A DNA stretch of 63,907 nt, filler included, from Rhabdomonas costata (GCA_019059605.1; 49 parts of 49 records of this genome joined end to end with filler, not necessarily neighbours in it); one strand, 5' to 3'; counted from the first letter of the whole stretch, positions 25,831-39,660 are shown. Program-made: numbers and translations. The notes: generated from the letters alone by a model not told the origin.

Positions 25831-28740
25831 GAACGATTAGCAGCCATTATCTTTCGGTCCCTTTCGTACCTACACACAAGCACAGACTTCCTTTCTCCGT
25901 TCGCTGCCTTACCTTTCTCAGAGCAAAAAGGCGACCTCAAAGGTTCCAAGCGGAAGAGAAAGTTCCGAAACCGAAAGGAGGCCAAGGCACCCAAGACATG
26001 AGCCCCCATCGGGGCCCTTTTCCTCACANNNNNNNNNNNNNNNNNNNNNNNNNNNNNNNNNNNNNNNNNNNNTTAATTAATTAANNNNNNNNNNNNNNNN
26101 NNNNNNNNNNNNNNNNNNNNNNNNNNNNTTTTGTTGGAAAATTGGAAATTGGAAAATTGGAAATTGGACCTGGGCGAGCGGCCGGAAGAATTAGATTTGG
26201 AAGTTCGAGTTCTTTTTCTAGACTGCCACTTGATGTAGCCAGGTTGCCTTACGTCTCTGGTTGCGTTCCCCATGCGGAGTAGCTCTGTGTCTTCTTTTCA
26301 CCGTTTCCTCAGCAACTTGTGGTCACAGCACTGTCAAGTGTCCGGCTGGCCACACTGAAAGGAAGTCAGACACCCTCTGCTCGTTGCCGATCTGCACCCC
26401 TTCGGATTGCTGCCTCGGTGTGTGAGAGCCTGGGTGTAGCGGGGCAGGAGGGAAAGAGAAAGGCAAAGTAACACGTCCTTTCCAAGCATGCCACCGGAAG
26501 TAACCCATAAGCCGCCCAAATTCTCTCCTTGAGGTTATCAGATTTCCGAACCCCCGACAACCAAGAACTCCGCTACGCTTAGCATCATCAGGGGCCAACA
26601 GAGAAAGCTCAGTTCCCACGCTCCGAATTTAGCGACTGCCGGTTAACTCCCACCACGAATCAGCCATAACGAATTTCTGAGTCTGGCGCCCGAGGGCCCA
26701 CCGTTCCCGCTCCGGCTGTTCCGTGAATTGGAGTTGCTCGTCCGAAGCTCGAGATCAAGGGTTTCGCGACATGTGTCTCCAAAAAAGCAAAAAAAAAAAG
26801 GTCATTGCTCTGAAGTCCACGCAAATTTCAACTTTGCACCCAACCCGGTCATACTCAACCCCCTCCTCCCCTTTCTCCTCTAGGACGGTAGGAAAGGACA
26901 TGACACAGGAAATGAACGTTCTTAAGTGATTTATTGTGATTTAAGCCTCAGCCAAAGCTCCCAGCGCCGTTGCTGTCCGCTCTATGCCCTGCGGCGAGTG
27001 GCCGCTGTCCACCCTGGTACTCTCTGTGCCCACTGGCTGCAAATTCTTGTTTCCACATCGAACCCGGATACCCTCCTTTCGACCGAAGAAGCTACCAATA
27101 CACACCTGCCGCCTTGCGCAAGTGGGGCATTCGCAATCATTTTTTTGAGGTATTCGCTTGTCTTCGTTTTCAGGAACCTGTCGGAACTACACCTGTCCAG
27201 CTGGTCATACTGTAAAGGTTTTATCCAGCGTTTGTTCCTCCTTCTCCTGCAGCAACAGCGAGTGTTGCCAAGGTTTGCCTGGTTTTCACGGTTTTCACGT
27301 GAATGCACGTTACATATTGCACACACACCCCACANNNNNNNNNNNNNNNNNNNNNNNNNNNNNNNNNNNNNNNNNNNNTTAATTAATTAANNNNNNNNNN
27401 NNNNNNNNNNNNNNNNNNNNNNNNNNNNNNNNNNCGTTTTGCCGTGACTGCCTGGATCAATTATAGACCAAGTTTTGGATGCAGTTTGGGGACACGATGG
27501 TGAACCGACAGTTTACCTCCATCGCCTCCATCGACGAGCACGTTTTCACGCTCTCTCCCTCGAAACTCTTAGAGTTGGAAGCGCATATGCCGTTTGAAGG
27601 GTTGTCCTCACCAGAGGACAGTTTCCGAAGGTAATGGTTATGACAAGATGCGGATATGTGCGAACAGCAGGCGAATTCGAGCTAAAAGTCCAGCCCCGTG
27701 ATAATGGGCATTTCCCAGTCCGCAGATTGGCTTCCACGCAGAAACAACCTTTGCGCTACGCGTTTGACCGGAGATCGGTTTGGGTTTGGGTGATCATGAC
27801 GTTGACGTTTCGGAGTGCTAAACGGTGTGCCACCCACTCCATGGAACCTCCCGAGACCGCCCCATGTGCTTTTCGGCTTGCGAAAAAGCTGTATTCCTCC
27901 TCTGAAATGTACCAACGACAATTTCATCAGTCCAGACAAATAAATTATCCAGGTGAACCATAGGTAGTGTGGCCACGAAGCAGCAAGAATTCCTCACAGA
28001 TCACAAATATATGGCGAAAACAACGAGTCGCTCTAGCACATGAATCCCACACCGCAAGGCACAAAGCGCAAACCTACGATCAAAGACCGCAGTGAGTCCC
28101 TGGGAGGAAGGCGATGGCATCGCGGCAGCGTGGTGAACAATGGGCTCACTCTGCAACCAACCAAGCAAAACAAAAAACATCAAAACCGAACATGAACCGA
28201 ACCGAAGGATTTCGCCCCGTCGAAAGAAGCGCAAGGGTAAGCTTACAAAGAGATGACATGATATAACAACTATCAAGACCACCAACAACGCATTGCTTCA
28301 GGTGTAATTCCTGTTTGGCTAGGTGCTCGACTGGGTGCAATAAGGAGACGATGGCGGTAGAAGGCGAGGCGTACAATTTGGAGCGCTTCTTGACAGCCGT
28401 ATGAATTTCGGTGCTACCCCCACCCCAACGTGCTAGCTCACTCTCTTGAGGTTTTCCACAGTTCGCCGCAGGGTAATGGTGCCATCGCACGAGAACTGTG
28501 TGAGCCATGGCCCAATGAAAACCACTGGGGAGCGCAGCCTTCAATAGAGAATGAAGTCCATTTGAGTTTCCAGTTGAAGTCCTGGGAACGCTATAAAATG
28601 CCGCTAGGCTGGTGTGTATGCATACGATATGTTTTAAACGNNNNNNNNNNNNNNNNNNNNNNNNNNNNNNNNNNNNNNNNNNNNTTAATTAATTAANNNN
28701 NNNNNNNNNNNNNNNNNNNNNNNNNNNNNNNNNNNNNNNN

Positions 28741-28916
28741 TTGTTGGGGGATCCGAAGTAGGCCATGTAGAGGTCGGGGTGGGCCCGTAGCTGGGCCACA
28801 GCGGCTGCGCGCACCCCGTGGTGCTGACCGGGATCTGCGAACAGCTGGTGCGCCACCGCGGCGAACATGCAGTTGCCATCGTCGCTGACCTCGTGGTTCT
28901 TCACCCGTAGTCCAGA
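28741..28916 (-). CDS. OTU-family cysteine protease (deubiquitinase), exon
   Basis: EVSDDGNCMFAAVAHQLF....HHGVRAAAVAQLRAHPDLY catalytic-Cys motif; ACCAG acceptor. Confidence 0.9.
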
Positions 28917-30046
28917 CTGGTACAGGGGCAGAGAGGAAAGATTACATAGAAGAAGAGAGAGGTTGTAGAGGTTGTCATTGCACTAGCTTGGTTGGTGGAC
29001 AGACCTTTTTGATGGGGGGGATACTTTGCAACGTTTTGGAAACGCGTTGCAAAAGCTGTAATGGAAACTTTTGCCCAACGGAAGTTACCAGTGGTACAGA
29101 AATCGGCCTTGAAACTGTTGCCAAAAATTAACTTAAAATCGGTCACGTAAAATATGCCAGCACTTTCCCGGTGCTCGCTAGATGACTGTTTTTGCTTCAC
29201 AGCTGAAAACGGCTGCGAGCTAAGGACTGCCCAATGGCTGAGATATGGCCAGTAGGAGAGCATTTGTTTTGGGGGAGAACGCGGCCAGAGTGGGCGGCTG
29301 GGGCGGGAACGTGACCTGGGGTTTTTTAACTACTTATTTAAAGTTATCTCCCACAGAAAAGATTGTTACCACTGGTACCCCGACACACTTGCAATGCCTG
29401 ATAAATTTTCTTTGCAACGCGATGCAAGGTTCACTCACCCCACCCCAAACGATCTGTCCACCAATGCACCTGCTTACCTGTGGAAGACTACCCCCGATGC
29501 GAGGAAATGAGCGGCCTGAACGATGCAGAAGCATAATGTCTTGGGCAGAGGCTACGGTTAACCGCGGGGCGCCGTTGCCGATGCAGAGCGGATATCCTTA
29601 TCCAATGGTTTTGGTCCCACGGTTTCTGAGGTTATGACCTGTCCTGTCTGGGGAGCGAGGGAAGGGCACCAAGAGAAGGCAACAACCACCGCGGTTGGGG
29701 CTGAAAAAAAACTGAGTTGCGAAAAAGTTGGCAGCTCACTAAAAGTTTTATAAGTTTTAGGTAATCGAAGTACGAACCAAAGAACATTTGGCTCAACTCC
29801 AAAAGTGGAACACAGGGTACGGCTGTAGAGCCGCCGCGCAATCTTTCTGCCTGGCAATCAGTGAAAGGTCCCCCTAGGACAGTTTATTGAGATTTAAGGG
29901 GGTTAGGTCGACTTTGCCACCACCCCCTAGGACAGTTTTTTGAGATNNNNNNNNNNNNNNNNNNNNNNNNNNNNNNNNNNNNNNNNNNNNTTAATTAATT
30001 AANNNNNNNNNNNNNNNNNNNNNNNNNNNNNNNNNNNNNNNNNNNN

Positions 30047-30842
30047 GGGTGTGTGGAAGGTGACCCCGGAGCTGAAGAAGGTTGAGGTGGCCTCCGCGTC
30101 GCCCTACAACCCATTTGTTCGGCCGTGGTACACCGCGGTCCGGGACCGGAACTTCAGCGCGGCTTTCTCCCCAGTATTTCAACTGGTCTCGCAGGCCTCC
30201 ATCGGCTTGTCTTTGGGAGTCCCTGTGCGGTCCTCCGCTGGCACCCTTCTTGGTATGGTGGTAGTGAACTACGACCTGAGCACCATTCGCAAGGCGCTGT
30301 ACTCTGTCCACCGCGCCCTGAAAACCACAGGGATGCTGATTCTGCTCGCCGAGGACGGGACGCTGATCTCCACCCACATGGGCAGCAACTCGACTGAGGG
30401 AATGGAAATGATGGCCTCGCTGCGGTCACTTCCGGACGCTGGCGGTGTGACCCAGGCCACGCTTGCGCCGTTTGGGACTTGCTTTGTGATCCAGCTGACG
30501 ATCACGGGGCAGATTCGGCCGGATTTCTTCGCCTATGGGCTGAACTGGAGGCTGTTTGTGGTTCTCCCCCAACAGGAATACTATGGAGGGGTGTGGAGCA
30601 ACAACCGCCTCGCGGTTATCCTGTTGGCGGTGTGCACGGTGACCTTCTCCGCGGTACAGCTGTTCTTCTACCGGTTCATTCTGGTGTTCCACATGCGCAC
30701 CCTTCTGCGAGGGCTGGTGCAGCTCAAGGCCGCCGTGGACAGCTGTGGCGAGACGCTCTCTGAGAACTCCGTGGTGAGTCAGCGTTCTTCGCCCGCTCCG
30801 GAGAACCTGTCGGTGTTTTCGGAGATCCGGGCCCTGCATCAG
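30047..30842 (+). CDS. Cache-domain membrane sensor (receptor cyclase/kinase type), partial exon
   Basis: YNPFVRPWYTA...FSPVF...SLGVPV...GTLLGMVVVNY.L..I, DGTLIS, LNWRLFVVLPQQEYYG, then a TM helix and a HAMP-like SEIRAL; CAG|GT donor. Confidence 0.8.
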
Positions 30843-31418
30843 GTTCGCCATATTCGCTCTTGGTAGGTTTCAGATACAGATTGTGGGAATGATGGGATCA
30901 CTTCGCTTCGTGGCTTTTCGAGAGCTTTCTGGGGGCGCTGAACAGCGTTAGTAAGCAATTTGTTTTTCCAAACGATCACACAGTGTGGGGCTCTGCCTCC
31001 TGAAACGGCCCGTTTATGTGTCGCCTCCGTGTCCACAAAGACTCCCCCACCACCCCGGCGCCACAGCGTCTCTGCTTCTGCCGCCCTCCTCTGAAATAAA
31101 ACTGTCCCAACCGCCAAAGCCCAAAACGAAACTGCTCCAAACTCAACTGGAAATAACGGAGGAAACAGATTCGTTTTTTTTTGTTGCTGGCCGTTTAACA
31201 CCCCATCCTAACCCCAGTTTTATTGTGTTGCAGGCATCTCGTCGGTCCAGGANNNNNNNNNNNNNNNNNNNNNNNNNNNNNNNNNNNNNNNNNNNNTTAA
31301 TTAATTAANNNNNNNNNNNNNNNNNNNNNNNNNNNNNNNNNNNNNNNNNNNNGGTTGTTGTCCTTTCAAGAATTCCCTTTTCCTTTCGCTTCATTTCTAT
31401 TCTTGCCTTCTTTCGTAG

Positions 31419-31991
31419 ATTAGAAACTACGACATGGTGACCTTCGTCCCTTTGGACATCACTGATCCTGATAGCATAAAGTGCGCCAGCCGATTGTTCG
31501 TGTTGCCTTTATTGGGTTTTGACGAATATTTTGAATGGGGGACGTGTTCTGAGGCTCTTCACTGTTGTTGTGCAGGTTGTTTCGATAAAGAAGGCCCCCG
31601 TTGATTTCTTGTTTACACACGTGTCTGCGAAAACACGAAACTAGTCACACACTTCGGAAGAGCAGCAGTAAGAATATTAATATCCCCAAGGGGCATCAAG
31701 GTTATATGGGGGAGGATGGTCGGGAAATTGACGGTGCCAAGGGAAGTCAACAGCGGACTGAGCTTTCCGAAGAACCCAAAACGGCAAAACGGCAGGTCAA
31801 GGGGGAGACATTCATCACGGGTTTTGGAATTGTGTGCATGTATGCGTACGTTTGCGTGGTTGAGGTCCGGTCTGTTAGTTTATTCTTGACTATATCCTTC
31901 ACTGTTCAGTTACCTTCTGGACAGCATCGATGTTGCCATTCAGTACGGGGAAGACTTGGAGCCCAAGGAGCCGATTGAGCCTGAGGAATGA
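31419..31991 (+). CDS. GPN3: GPN-loop GTPase 3, 3' exons ~31419-31480 and 31910-31991
   Basis: YDMVTFVPLDITDPDSI/NYLLDSIDVAIQYGEDLEPKEP; in-phase GT-AG intron; TGA stop. Confidence 0.85.
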
Positions 31992-34900
31992 GCTGCACTT
32001 GCAGTGGCGTGTGGGCTGCCCAACGTCTCCGCTGCCCTGCTCCACCCACAGAGTCGGGGCCAGCTCGTGTATCGGGAAGTTCAGGACGCTTTTTCGTGGC
32101 AGAAATTGGGCAGGGCTTTCTCCTCCCAACAAGCAACCGGTGACATTTGGTCACTCTGCGCATACAATGGTCGCACGGTTCACGTTCATCTGTATGATGT
32201 GCTGCACTCTTTTGCCGGAGCTCATCCGCAGCTATTGACTATCCTGAGGTGGTGCCAACATTGGAGAAGAGATTTCTCCTTTTGTTATTGCTCTTTTGAC
32301 CTCAAGCGGGGGTGTTTGAAAAATTCAGAGCAATTTGAAATCGGTGGCTCCTGCGGAATAGGTTTTCTCTCCGTACCCAGTCAGGCTATCGGTTCCCAAC
32401 CCAAAGGCGGTCTTCTGGAGAGCATTTGATATTCTTCTTCTTTACAATTGTTGACATGGAATCCACCTTCCGTCCTATCACCAGTTGCGTGCTGCCGCTG
32501 AGGACCTTCTGCAACTTTCCCTGTGTCTTGCTATACCTTGAATTGATTACCAACAAACNNNNNNNNNNNNNNNNNNNNNNNNNNNNNNNNNNNNNNNNNN
32601 NNTTAATTAATTAANNNNNNNNNNNNNNNNNNNNNNNNNNNNNNNNNNNNNNNNNNNNTTTGTTTTGGTAATCTTCTTGACTGCAATTTACAGGCAATGA
32701 CGATCGAATGTCAAAATGGGCAACCGCAGAGATGAGGACCGTACAGCTGGACTGCAACATGCGTCCAAACGCAGGTCTAGGTCCATTGGGGTCCAGTGCA
32801 GATCTACCAGTATAGTTCCCGGATATACTTCCTTGCATCGCCCAAAAAAAAAACAGTGACAAGTTCGGACGAGCACGGGTGAAATCGGAGGATCACCCAC
32901 CCGGAACGTCTCGACCCATCCGCCTGCTCCGGCCTAATAATGATCCTGTCCCTTTGTCTGCCAAAGCCCAACAATGAGAATTTCCAAAAATCCAAGCATT
33001 GCTTACCGTTTTGGGGTGTTAAACGTTGAACCACAGAGCCCCATACGAGCCCAAGTTCTTTCTCTCTCCTGGAAGCTGGTTCAATTCGAACGATTTCTCA
33101 CCAAGTCCGTTGGTGTAAAGTCCAGCCACATGCAGACAGCCACACCTCCACGGCTTCGTCGAGGACCCCGCGGAGAAGGCTCAGGTTGGCGTACAGAAAC
33201 CATTTGGGAGGCGGGGTGGAGTACGACGTGGGTATCCCATAGTAGAGGCTGAAAATGGTGCTGTTGGAAGTGCTGCCGTTGCGCGTGCTGATGTTGGCGC
33301 GGGATAGCTGCAGGGCTAGTGGCAGCCCGGGGACGGCCATCCAGGTCGTGTTCTGCAGGGCAGAGCTGAAGTCGCGGGTGCGTGACATTACGCAGCCAAG
33401 AGGCACGCCAATGAAGGGAACAATGAGAAAGGGCATATACTGGCAGTCCCTTGGCTTCAACGCCCAACATACGCTGTCTCTTTTATCTTAATGATATGCT
33501 TGCAACCCAAAGGGGTAGGGGTTCACAGGGTGCCGACCTTTCAGGTCGGATTGGTGTCAACTTTCCTTGGCTTCCCTTGGAAATGGTAACGGTAACCACT
33601 GGTGATTTTTCCCTATTGTTGAATATAAAATTGTAAAAGTGGGCCCTCCAAGTCACGTTCCCGCCCCAGCCAGGCGGTGGCCTACACGTCCGACCATATC
33701 CCAGATAGGTTAGTCCTCAGCCAGCATCTAGGGAACACTAGCACAGGCCAGCTAACCTCCTTATACTAAAATAAAGTCATTTCGAGGGTGCTTGCATCAG
33801 ACGTTTTCCATGGTAAAACAAGAAGCTTTCGGTTACCATCGGTAATGGTTACCACCACCACACANNNNNNNNNNNNNNNNNNNNNNNNNNNNNNNNNNNN
33901 NNNNNNNNTTAATTAATTAANNNNNNNNNNNNNNNNNNNNNNNNNNNNNNNNNNNNNNNNNNNNTTGTGTGTGGCTGAGGCTGCTTTGTTACTGCTGGGT
34001 TGTTGAAAGCGGTTGAACTTCTTGGCGGTACAGTGGTGGTGGGGACTGCAGTCTGCTGGTGGAGGCCAAAGCGGGACTCTGGACTACTTCACGGAGCAGG
34101 AGTACGCCACTTTCCTCCTGCCTTCGCTGCAGAAGAACCGCTCCCTGCTGGACTACCCTCAACGATCGTGTGTTCCCTCACTGCCGTCACCGTTTCCGAT
34201 GTTGTGTTTGGGCATGTTGAGAAAGGGGCGGGGGGGGGTTGTTGGTGATTCGGTCGTCTGCAGGTACCGGTAAACGGAGTGCGCTTCTGAGATTATCTGG
34301 TCATTGGGAGAAACAGGAGAGGCAAGGACCCGCGGCGGGCAGTTCAGCGCACAGCCCTGACAACTTCCGATACTGAGCTCATCATACTAATTTTACATAC
34401 AATGGTACATTCTACACTCAATTTTACAAATGTATATACACTAAGGGAGAAGCCAATTGGAAATCTCCCTCGCTCGCTATGAAGTTTTTCGGGGCATGTT
34501 GTTTTTCATCGGTTTACCGAACGGCCGGCGAAAGTGCCATGCACCCCCCCCCCTTCAACATACTCAGAAGCTTTCCGTTCCCTCGTATGCTCGCAGGAAC
34601 CCGATCATCAACATTCCAGTGCATCCAGTATGGCGTGTGACACCCCCTGCACACCTTCCCCCGCGTACACCGAACCAGTTTTGCATTGTGAAGCAATTTT
34701 GTTGTGTGAGAGAAACCTTTCTGTGCTATTGCATTCTGTCCGGTTCTTTTTTTCAAAGCTGTCTGAGGATTTGAACTGTTGCCGCCCATTCACAATGCAA
34801 GTCTATAGAATTCAGAATTTGGAGTGCGAAGCACCCCCAAAACAGCCAAAGCCAAAGTCAGAGTGTGCGTTTTTTCCCAAGAGGTTCTTTCCATTTGGGT

Positions 34901-35435
34901 TTCCCCTGAGTTGCGCGCTGGGGAGCTTTTCCCAGCAGTCCTTTGTTTATTGGGTTCGGGTTCAATGGTTGGGGTATTTACAGGTCTGTACCTATTCCCA
35001 CCACGGTGTTCCCTTCCACCGGTACTGCGCGACTTTTGTGCTTTCTGCCCTCATTGCATCACTCCAGCCTCTCGAATCTCGACCGACCTCCATCGCACGA
35101 TTCTGTGAACAGCCAAGCGAGGGAACAGCAACAGTCTTTTTTTTTTGCACATGCACCGGACCCACACCCCNNNNNNNNNNNNNNNNNNNNNNNNNNNNNN
35201 NNNNNNNNNNNNNNTTAATTAATTAANNNNNNNNNNNNNNNNNNNNNNNNNNNNNNNNNNNNNNNNNNNNTGTTGTGTTTCGGTCAGCATTGCTGTGGTT
35301 GGTTGACTAGTGGGGTACTGTTTAACATGGTCGGCACGTCCAACGGGCAACGTCGACCTTGAACCTCGCACACGAGCCGACCATGTTAAACAGTACCCCA
35401 CTAGTCAACCAACCACAGCAATGCTGACCGACACA

Positions 35436-36476
35436 CATACACAACCAGACAACTCCACTGACATCGACAACAGTTCTAGTGAATTTTGGACAAATGTTCA
35501 ACCTCGCTTCGGAAGAAAATCCCACCGACAACCACTACCTACGACCCGGCTCATGACAATAATCAAGTCACGCACAGCATCATTTGGGTGGACCAGGAAA
35601 GCCACTTGCTTTCTGGGACACTCGACATGCAGTGGCATGATGGGACACTCTTTTGCTGATGGAAGAACAGTGGCAGACCAGAAACCTGACCACACAAGAA
35701 GTGGTCACATGGCAATACATATCTGCCACCTTCCACACCATCCACAAGAAGAATATCTCCTACAACCGACAACACCGTGACATTTCCTGGGCTTTTATCG
35801 ACCCCAATGCCAATGCCCAGTGTTCAATCATTTTTGATTGCTATCAAATCCAACCACCACTCTCCAACCGTGACTTCTTCAAAAAGTTCTTCTTCTTCAA
35901 AAAGTCAATCGCACCTTGCTGCACCTCACAAAAGGACCGCAGCACTTTACGTGTGTTGCAAACCCACGTCCATCTTCTTTCCTTCAAAGTCCCGCCTGAC
36001 ACACCCAACACCAAAACACTCAAAAACGCACTTAACGCCATCCTCGATGCAATTCATCACTCCCATCCTTCAATCATTGCAATTATGGGCACCGCAGACA
36101 AAGCCCACTTCATCACCCAGATTATCAAACTGTATACCGGTACCCACATTGCCATTGCCTACTCAGACGACATACCACTCATTCATGATCACTATTGGTA
36201 ACCTACAGTCCTACTCCACTTCGCTGAAGTATCACAGACCAACCTCCCCCATTCCCACGTAGGCTTTGATTTCTACATCACAGAAGACCAACGCCATAAA
36301 CATCCACCCACCAGCGAGCTATTTGCACACCGTTCCATTGTTGAAACACTCTATCTCTCAACATTCTATGATTACTACCAGAGCACCCTTGCCAAACGCC
36401 ACCCCTCGTATTCATCCGACAACCTCCCTTCTTTCACCCACTACCGACCCCAGCACTGAACGTTACCCAAAACCAC
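35436..36476 (+). mobile_element. C/A-rich degenerate ORF, probably a retroelement remnant
   Basis: Strong strand asymmetry, no splice structure, long frame interrupted by isolated stops; no diagnostic motif recognised. Confidence 0.3.
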
Positions 36477-38513
36477 NNNNNNNNNNNNNNNNNNNNNNNN
36501 NNNNNNNNNNNNNNNNNNNNTTAATTAATTAANNNNNNNNNNNNNNNNNNNNNNNNNNNNNNNNNNNNNNNNNNNNGTGTGTTTGGGTGGGTGTGGTCTC
36601 CGCGGTGTGCGCGGAGGGGGTGAGGTCGGGGGTAGGTATGGCCGTGGGGTTGTACTCCGGTGGCTGAGAGGGGGGCGAACAGTAAGGGACAAAAAGGGTG
36701 AACAACGCATCCGACAAATCCCCGGAACGCCGCGTACTTACCACCCTCAGCCTTGGCAGGGTTACCATCCTCGACATAGCGTCCCTGAGCGGTCGAAGAC
36801 AAAAACCAAACCCATTTCCGGCAATCTGCGCCGGTACGCTGAAAACTTTCTTCATTGCACAGCCGCATCGAAAAGACCGAAGCAACAGGAGGGCTGGCCC
36901 TAACGAAAATCACTGGTGCGCTAAAGGGCTTTGCAAGGGTATACATATTTAGTGAACCTCTGAACGCAATGAGCAGAAGGGAAGGCCAACGAGCAGCCCG
37001 ATTCGAGCGCAATCAAAACAGCAAAAGAAGACGGTAGCGGGGTGGAGGATTTCGGACCTCACACGCCTCAGCGGTTGCGAGAAGTCGGTCACGCTCAGCC
37101 GTCACCTCCGCCATCTGAGCCCGTGGGAAGAGTGCGGGGGGGGGGGGAGGCAGAGGGAATGCGGGCGGCCACTTCATGCCCACATGCGCACGTATGCAGG
37201 GCGCAGTGCTTTCTGCCTTCTGCTGTGTCTTTCAAAGGACAACTTTCACCTCATATCAAAACTACACACCCCTCGTCATAAAAAACGGCACGAACTGCTC
37301 ATATAATGAAATTATTTGAAAACTCTGGACTTCTCGGATTCGATTCGCCAGAGATACCGCTGGCGCCTTCCTTGGCCTCACGCCCTTCAATTTGGGCTGT
37401 GCGGATGCTTCTTTCATGAGAGAACCAGACCAAGGAAGGTGGCGGAAAACATACAAAAGGTTCCGGAGATAAAAAGAAGGCCCACTTTTTCTTTGCTTTC
37501 ATCCTTTCATCTGCAAACCGTTCAATGGGTCCCAAGCGTCCACGGGCATATGGCAGAAGTGACCAGCAAAAGAGCACACGCACGCGAACCTGCTCCTGCA
37601 GCTGAACCAGCTTCGCCTCAGCTTGCCGAAGCTTCTCTGCACGCTCCCGGGGGGTGGGCTGCAAAAAAAACACCCACACATGCAACAACACCAGAACTCA
37701 CAGTGAGAAGAACAACCTTTCGTTAGCTCACAGGCATGCTCGAAGCAGATGCAGTGGGGCGAGCAGCTTGATCCCACCCAACANNNNNNNNNNNNNNNNN
37801 NNNNNNNNNNNNNNNNNNNNNNNNNNNTTAATTAATTAANNNNNNNNNNNNNNNNNNNNNNNNNNNNNNNNNNNNNNNNNNNNGGTGTGGGTGCGGCCCC
37901 CCGATGTTCACCAGCCGGTCTGAGATGGCTGAGCGGCCCCGGACGCGGAACGAGCTGCAAGGGCCGGGTGCGCATCAGGAGGGGGCTGCGAGGACGGCAC
38001 TGGCTGCTGGTTTATCCAGCCAGCCAGAGAGGAGTAAGAGGCTCGGCCGAGTGTCTGAGTTTTCTCGTCCGTGGGGTTGGCCATGCAGTGCTGAAGGAGG
38101 CTTCACAGGCTTCAGAAAGTCTGGCAGGCGGGAGTCGGAGGCCAATTGGGCGAGGGCCTCGGGCGTGGGTTGCTCTGGGTAGGTGGGCGGAGCCAGAAGG
38201 GCGGGAGGCACTTGGAAGGGAGGGCACTAAAATGGGCCTGTAGCTGGGTCATCTGTGCGAAGAGGTGATGCTCCCAAGCGGGGGGAGACTCCGAGTTGTC
38301 GTCGACGGCCCTCCGCCTTCGCAGTGGGCTGCTCATTTTTGACCGGAGATGATATGAAAAGGGGTAGGTTGGGTGGATGGGAGGTGCACCACAGAAAATT
38401 CTAATGAGGGCAGAAAGGGCAGGGAAAAGCCGCAAGACACTAGCGCTAACTTCAGTTTCAATTGAAACTTCAGTTATTTCCGGTCACTGCCTACCTAAAG
38501 ACTGCAGTATCAA

Positions 38514-39089
38514 GTGCGTGCACGCGCACCTACCCACACGGCCCGACGCAACAGCTCAGCCCCAGTGTCCTTTCGACCGTGAAGTGTGTTTGGTTGCTTG
38601 ATTCACTTCATTTCCACATTGGCGCTTCCTTGTTTTTTTTGGCGGCAGGATGCCTCTGGGCGTGTTCCCATGGCCGTGGCCATGACTGCCCACAAGGACT
38701 CCGCCTGTGCGGTGCTGGCCGGGCCCAGCTTTGCGGCGAAGGCGATGGCCCCGAACGACATCGTGGACCCCGCGACGGCGACCACGCTGCTTCACTTTAC
38801 CGCCCAGCACAACATGCTGCAGACCACCACCGCCCTGCTGGAGAGCAAGGCCGACGTTTGTGCCAAGGTAGTTTTTTTTTCCGGTCAGTGCCCCGCTTAA
38901 GAATGGAGCATTAGGTGCACGCACGCGCATCTGCCCCCGCGGCCCGACGCAACAGCTCAGCCCCAGTGTCCTTTCGACCGTGAAGTGTGTTTGGTTGCTT
39001 GATTCACTTCATTTCCACATTGGCGCTTCCTTGTTTTTTTTGGCGGCAGGATGCCTCTGGGCGTGTTCCCATGGCCGTGGCCATGACTG
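38514..39089 (+). repeat. Tandem duplication of an intron+exon unit, period ~401 nt
   Basis: 38540-38688 recurs almost identically at 38940-39089. Confidence 0.9.
38649..39089 (+). CDS. Ankyrin-repeat protein; exon 38649-38867 and the start of an identical exon copy at 39050
   Basis: DASGRVPMAVA...TTLLHFTAQHNMLQTTTALLESKADVCAK; phase-0 GT-AG introns. Confidence 0.85.
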
Positions 39090-39660
39090 NNNNNNNNNNN
39101 NNNNNNNNNNNNNNNNNNNNNNNNNNNNNNNNNTTAATTAATTAANNNNNNNNNNNNNNNNNNNNNNNNNNNNNNNNNNNNNNNNNNNNTTGGGTTTGTG
39201 TAATGTAAAGACAGAAAAGAAACACACACACACACACACACACACACACTCGGTCTTCCATTTGGTGTCCCTCATGTTCATCACATTCGATTGTTGTGGC
39301 TGATGGGGTGGCGGTGAGCAGGAGAAGTCCCCGGAGAATTTCTTTGTGCATTGCGCTTTGCGCGGAATCGTTCAGAAAGTGGACCTTACTTCTTTTCGTT
39401 CAGGTTCACTTCAGTTGCTTGGGTGGATTGCATTTTCTTGTGATTACAAGGTGAAAGGTGATGGGAATAGTATAGCCAAAGAACATTTGATGGACGATGA
39501 GACCAGATCGGGTGCAAAACCCATGTGTATTTTCGATGTGCGGCTTGGACTGATGAAGTTCCATCGGTGAAAATCACTGGTAGACGTATGGAGCTGTGAT
39601 AGAGGTTGGGGCTGGTGAATTGGTGCGCTCACTGGGCATGGGGCATGGGCGGACCCGAAC

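Noticed and set aside
29869-29946. 24-nt direct repeat CCCCCTAGGACAGTTT(A/T)TTGAGAT
   Set aside because: Only two copies, at a contig end; likely the edge of a minisatellite or TE subterminal repeat, not CRISPR
35280-35430. Perfect ~56-bp inverted repeat at a contig start
   Set aside because: Mismatch-free and terminal; most likely a foldback artefact, although a TE terminal hairpin is not excluded
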